NCBI GenBank assembly: GCA_045132035.1
Contig: JBGURM010000001.1
Location: 1 to 52,491 of the forward strand
Origin: Bacilli bacterium
GTDB lineage: Bacteria > Bacillota_I > Bacilli_A > RFN20 > CAG-826
Reading direction: 5' to 3'
Length of the DNA stretch: 52,491 bases
Numbering within the stretch: the stretch's first letter is position 1; every line of letters begins with the position of its first letter. Under the pieces are notes generated by a model, which saw only the letters and a list, made by a program, of their open reading frames with translations, ran no database searches and was not told where the DNA came from. Made by a program: the position numbers and the translations under genes. Positions 48,281-52,491 of the stretch are shown here, piece by piece.

Positions 48281-49789
48281 TCACTTTCTTTCTACTGGTG
48301 TGTAGACAAATTTCTTTCCAACTTGTTCTTTTCGGTAGTAACCGAACTCTACAAGTTGATCCATTGATGTACGAGCGGTTTCATAAACGCATTTGACTGC
48401 TTTCTTATATTGGTCGATTGTGTAATACATGCCAAGAGTGCAGTGTCTAGCGTAGAAATACGCTTGTCCTTTTTTAAGACGTACGTCTAATTCTAATAAA
48501 TGTTTTTCTAATCTTAAAGCAGTTTTTTCATCGAGTTCTGGTGGAATGAAGTTGATTGCAAGTCCAGAAGGATGATTTTCAACAGGTTTCACAACTTGTT
48601 GTGGCTTTTCAATTTTCTTTTCTTCCACGACCACTTTTTCAACTGGAACTTCTCTAATGATTTCTCTCACTACTTCTCTAACAACCTGAGGCTGTGGTTG
48701 TGGTTCTTCTTTTTTGACTTCCTCTTTCTTTTCTTCAACAGGTTCACTAAATAGTGAAAGTTGTTCCGCTCCATTGCTAGATTCTTCGTGAGTAGATGGT
48801 TCATCATCCAAGCGATAGAAATCTTTTTTAAGCATTTCAGATGAGAATTCAACGATTCCATCAAGCATTTTATTGATGATTCTTTCCGTTGAATCAAGAG
48901 CGTAAGTCAAATAATAAGTGACATCGGAAGTTGCTTGAACTTCATCGAATAAACGATGAACTTCATTTTGATTATCGTTTAATAAAGCTTCAAAAGGAAT
49001 ATTAATTGCAAATTCCCCAAGACGGTCATGGGCTAAAACAGATTTCGCTAATAAAACAGCAATCTCATCATTATAGTCTTTAAATGGTCTAACAAATTCT
49101 ACATAGTAGAATGTAATTAATGATTTGTTTAATGAACTAAGTTGTTGCCTGCTTAAGAAATTAAATAGGCCATCCATCATTTGGGAAATTAACGCAGCTG
49201 GGGCACTCTTATAGCGGCGAGAAATAACAGCAGTTGAGTTAGGATCTTCACTATCAAATTCACGATAGAAATAGGTTAATTCGTAATTGCCGGTAACCGC
49301 ACTATATAAATCGGATAAATAATCAACATCAATAGTCTTTGAATAATTGTTTTTAATGTATTTAAGAGCTTCGTAATAGTTAGCGATATCAAGGTTTGAT
49401 TTCTTTCCTTGAACGATTTGTCTAATGATATCTTCATCACTGACGAGGTTCTTTTTAACGGCGACGTTTTGTAAACATTTGATAATGTTTGTTTGTTCAA
49501 AATAACTAGCGTCTCCATTGACTCTATTAAGTTTATTGTATTCGTTAATTAAGTTAAGAATTCTACTATCGACACGGTCACTCTTATTAGCGACAGTTGG
49601 ACATAAACACACTCTTAATTGATTTTTATCAATTCCTTTAATTAAAAGATATGTGTTGAATCCTGAACGGTACGCTAAAATCTTGTCCCAGATTCCGTCG
49701 ATAACCGAAATCTTTAATTCATTTCTAACTTCATTTTTTGTCGCGTATCTTTTTTCTGTGAAACGCACACCGAGCTCATTATTTACCAT
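48281..49789 (-). CDS. Fic-like protein with degenerate active site, QLSLF motif and C-terminal winged helix
   Basis: RPFKDYNDEIA aligns with HPFxDGNGR; C-terminal YTIDQY...YETARTSMDQLVEFGYY...GKKFVY. Confidence 0.65.
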   Translation of the reverse strand: MVNNELGVRFTEKRYATKNEVRNELKISVIDGIWDKILAYRSGFNTYLLIKGIDKNQLRVCLCPTVANKSDRVDSRILNLINEYNKLNRVNGDASYFEQTNIIKCLQNVAVKKNLVSDEDIIRQIVQGKKSNLDIANYYEALKYIKNNYSKTIDVDYLSDLYSAVTGNYELTYFYREFDSEDPNSTAVISRRYKSAPAALISQMMDGLFNFLSRQQLSSLNKSLITFYYVEFVRPFKDYNDEIAVLLAKSVLAHDRLGEFAINIPFEALLNDNQNEVHRLFDEVQATSDVTYYLTYALDSTERIINKMLDGIVEFSSEMLKKDFYRLDDEPSTHEESSNGAEQLSLFSEPVEEKKEEVKKEEPQPQPQVVREVVREIIREVPVEKVVVEEKKIEKPQQVVKPVENHPSGLAINFIPPELDEKTALRLEKHLLELDVRLKKGQAYFYARHCTLGMYYTIDQYKKAVKCVYETARTSMDQLVEFGYYRKEQVGKKFVYTPVERK

Positions 49790-49856
49790 ATTTTAGTACC
49801 TACTGCTCTTATTATATTTGAGATTTTCTTGTAAAACAAGTTATTACCTAAAAATC

Positions 49857-49873
49857 TACTAATTTTCTACTAT
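49857..49873 (+). repeat. Phased direct repeat TACTAA-ttttc-TACTAT (copy H)
   Basis: Units at 49857 and 49868; the second contains the lepA stop; identical to 22055-22071. Confidence 0.7.
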
Positions 49874-51684
49874 TCATCCTCATCGTCAATTGAGAGAATG
49901 GACATGAATGCTTCTTGTGGAACTTCAACAGATCCAACTTTCTTCATTCTCTTTTTGCCTTCTTTTTGCTTCTCTAAAAGCTTTTTCTTACGGGAGATAT
50001 CTCCACCATAGCATTTAGCTAAAACGTCTTTTCTAACGGCCTTAACGTCCACTCTAGCGATAATCTTTCCTCCAATTGCGGCTTGGATTGGGATTTCAAA
50101 TTGTTGTCTAGGAATGACGGTTTTGATTCTACGAATAATACCTAAGCCCCTATTATACGCCTGTGGGCGGTAGACGATGCTACTAAGAGCATCGACAACT
50201 TGTCCGTTAAGTAAAACATCCATCTTGATTAAGTCGCTAGCGCGATATGAAGATGGTTCGTAGTCAAAGGAAGCATACCCTTTAGTGCAACTTTTAAGTT
50301 TATCAAAGAAATTGTAAACAATTTCAGATAGAGGCATATCATAGACAAGAATCATTCTTGTATCATCAAAATATTGTAGATCCTCATAGATTCCTCTTTT
50401 CTCTTGGCAGAGTTCCATAATTGGACCGACATATTCTTTTGGAGTCATGATGTTAGCCTTAACGTAAGGCTCTTCAATACGGTTTATCTTAGAAGAATCT
50501 GGTAATTTAGATGGGTTATCGATTTGAATCATCTCTCCGTTAGTGAGATATACATTGTATATAACTGATGGAGCGGTCAAAATCAAATCGATATTGTATT
50601 CTCTTTCAAGTCTCTCTTGAATGACATCCATATGTAACAATCCTAAGAAGCCACATCTAAAACCAAAGCCTAAGGCTTGTGAGGTTTCAGGAACAAAATG
50701 TAATGATGCATCATTAAGTGTTAACTTTTCTAAAGCGTCTTTTAAGTCTTGATAATCATCACTATCGACTGGGTAAAGGCCACAGAAGACCATTGGATTG
50801 ATATTTCTATATCCTGGAAGAGCTTCTTTAGCAGGTCTATCATAGATAGTAACTGTATCACCAGGTCTAACATCTTTAATGTCTTTAATTTGAGCGCAGA
50901 TATATCCAACTTGTCCGCATTTAAGTTCTTTTAACTTAATTTCATTTGGTGTTCTAATTCCAAGTTCAGTAACAAGGTAATCCTTGTTTGATTGCATGAG
51001 TTTAATATGATCTCCAACTTTAACTGAGCCTTCTTTAATTCTCACCATGATGACCACTCCACGATATGAATCGTAGAAACTATCAAAGATAAGGGCTTTT
51101 AATGGAGCAGATTCATCTCCACTAGGAGCAGGGATATATTTAACGATGGATTCTAGTAAATCATGGACGTGATATCCGGTTTTAGCGGATACTTCAACAG
51201 CCTGATCACTTGGAATACCAATTCTCTTTTCAATTTCTTCTTTAGCCCATTCAGGCATCGCGCTTGGTAAATCAACTTTGTTGATAACTGGTAAGATTTC
51301 TAAGTTATTATCGATCGCTAAATAGACATTAGCAAGGGTTTGAGCTTCCACTCCTTGAGTAGCGTCCACTACTAAAACTGCGCCTTCACAAGCCGCTAAA
51401 GAGCGAGACACTTCATAAGTGAAGTCGACGTGCCCCGGAGTGTCAATTAAATTAAAAATATACTCGTGTCCATCATCACTTTTGTAGGATATTGTGACTG
51501 CGTTGAGTTTAATGGTAATTCCTCTTTCTCTTTCAAGTTCCATGGAGTCAAGAATTTGATCTTTCATTTCTCTTTCGGAGATTGCTCCAGTCAATTCTAA
51601 AATACGATCCGCAAGAGTGCTCTTGCCGTGATCGATGTGGGCGATGATTGAGAAGTTACGTGTATATTTTTGATTGAAATCCAT
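49870..51684 (-). CDS. lepA: Elongation factor 4
   Basis: [52 protein letters not shown]. Confidence 0.98.
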   Translation of the reverse strand: MDFNQKYTRNFSIIAHIDHGKSTLADRILELTGAISEREMKDQILDSMELERERGITIKLNAVTISYKSDDGHEYIFNLIDTPGHVDFTYEVSRSLAACEGAVLVVDATQGVEAQTLANVYLAIDNNLEILPVINKVDLPSAMPEWAKEEIEKRIGIPSDQAVEVSAKTGYHVHDLLESIVKYIPAPSGDESAPLKALIFDSFYDSYRGVVIMVRIKEGSVKVGDHIKLMQSNKDYLVTELGIRTPNEIKLKELKCGQVGYICAQIKDIKDVRPGDTVTIYDRPAKEALPGYRNINPMVFCGLYPVDSDDYQDLKDALEKLTLNDASLHFVPETSQALGFGFRCGFLGLLHMDVIQERLEREYNIDLILTAPSVIYNVYLTNGEMIQIDNPSKLPDSSKINRIEEPYVKANIMTPKEYVGPIMELCQEKRGIYEDLQYFDDTRMILVYDMPLSEIVYNFFDKLKSCTKGYASFDYEPSSYRASDLIKMDVLLNGQVVDALSSIVYRPQAYNRGLGIIRRIKTVIPRQQFEIPIQAAIGGKIIARVDVKAVRKDVLAKCYGGDISRKKKLLEKQKEGKKRMKKVGSVEVPQEAFMSILSIDDEDE

Positions 51685-51711
51685 AATAACTAGTGAATTA
51701 TAACATTAATG

Positions 51712-52491
51712 TTAATTTTTGAAAAACTTTTGTAATGAGCTTATAACATCTTCTTCTGAAAGGACGATTTCATAATTCTCCCATTCTTTTTTAAAAAGAA
51801 TACGGTAATCATTCCATGTATATCTTTCATCAATTAATAACGCTGCGCCTTTATCGGTTTCGCTTCTAATGAGTCTGCCAACTGCTTGCATGACTTTATT
51901 CATTCCTGGATATGTATAGGCGTAATTAAAACCATCAATCTCTTGATTTTTATAATATTCAACAACTTGATTGCTTTCGTAATTGATTTTTGGTAAACCA
52001 ATTCCAACAATAACCACCCCAATAAGAGAATCTCCCACTAGGTCGATTCCTTCTCCGAAGGCTCCTCCAATGATTGCTAAGCCCACGACTGTTTTTTCGT
52101 TATCTTCTTTAAAGTGAGAAATAAATTCATTTTTATCTTTCTCGCTCATATCACGATTTTGGATATAAACATCGACATCTTCTGGGAAAGAAATGACATT
52201 TAAAAGATTATTTAAATATTCATAACTTGGTAAATATATGAAGTAATTCCCTTTTTTAGCGTTTATAAACGCTAGAATGTATTTAGCAACTTCTCCATAT
52301 GTCTTATCTCGATTACGATATCTCGTTGAGATTTTAGGAGCGATTAATAGTTTTAGATTCTCTTTTGGGAAAGGAGATTCTAAAGCAAGTGTTGGGGTGT
52401 TACGATCTCCACCAAGAACATCAACGTAGTAATTGATTGGGCTAAGAGTTGCTGAAAACATCACTGTAGAGTTTACTTGGCTCATAGAGCC
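51712..52491 (-). CDS. DinG/XPD (Rad3)-family helicase, C-terminal part (5' truncated by window edge)
   Basis: FSATL, YLPSY, FGEGID, VGIGLP, QAVGRLIRS..D.G...LIDER. Confidence 0.9.
   Translation of the reverse strand, partial: GSMSQVNSTVMFSATLSPINYYVDVLGGDRNTPTLALESPFPKENLKLLIAPKISTRYRNRDKTYGEVAKYILAFINAKKGNYFIYLPSYEYLNNLLNVISFPEDVDVYIQNRDMSEKDKNEFISHFKEDNEKTVVGLAIIGGAFGEGIDLVGDSLIGVVIVGIGLPKINYESNQVVEYYKNQEIDGFNYAYTYPGMNKVMQAVGRLIRSETDKGAALLIDERYTWNDYRILFKKEWENYEIVLSEEDVISSLQKFFKN

Noticed and set aside
1587-50934. Numerous 60-160 aa ORFs antisense or out of frame within core genes
   Set aside because: Shadow ORFs fully nested in conserved genes, without SD or recognisable motifs.

Overview
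Low-GC housekeeping chromosome of a Bacilli-class Firmicute, probably an uncultured gut or rumen lineage (inferred from gene content and order). It uses genetic code 11: TGA serves as a stop and Trp is TGG. The window spans the replication terminus: genes run + from 1 to 16 kb and mostly - from 19 kb on, and a 28-bp dif site lies at the switch (18793-18820), with xerD on one side and parE-parC on the other. Gene content is conserved core: recJ, rel, hisS, aspS, tkt, nusB, xseAB, dxs, dinB, xerD, deoB, yqeG-yqeH-yhbY-nadD/yqeK, parEC, plsY, efp, rpmG, ispG, nfo, ispH, sigA, dnaG, glyS, recO, era, cdd, ybeY, hrcA-grpE-dnaK-dnaJ, hemW, lepA and a DinG-like helicase. No rRNA, tRNA, CRISPR array or mobile element was seen. 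The strongest unexplained signal is a family of eight helically phased direct repeats, (TACTAA-N5)x2-3 with an exact 11-bp period, scattered around dif, including inside coding sequence and between convergent genes; it is a candidate binding-site system for an unknown chromosome- or terminus-organising protein. Other oddities: a XerD half-site in the dinB-xerD promoter, DnaA boxes beside dif, an in-frame TGA in parC, an apparently circularly permuted ABC-binding lipoprotein under a class II CRP-type site, EF-P with Met at the normally modified tip, a C39 peptidase-membrane protein with no ATPase domain, a pseudo-Fic/winged-helix protein with a QLSLF clamp motif, and many leaderless promoters.
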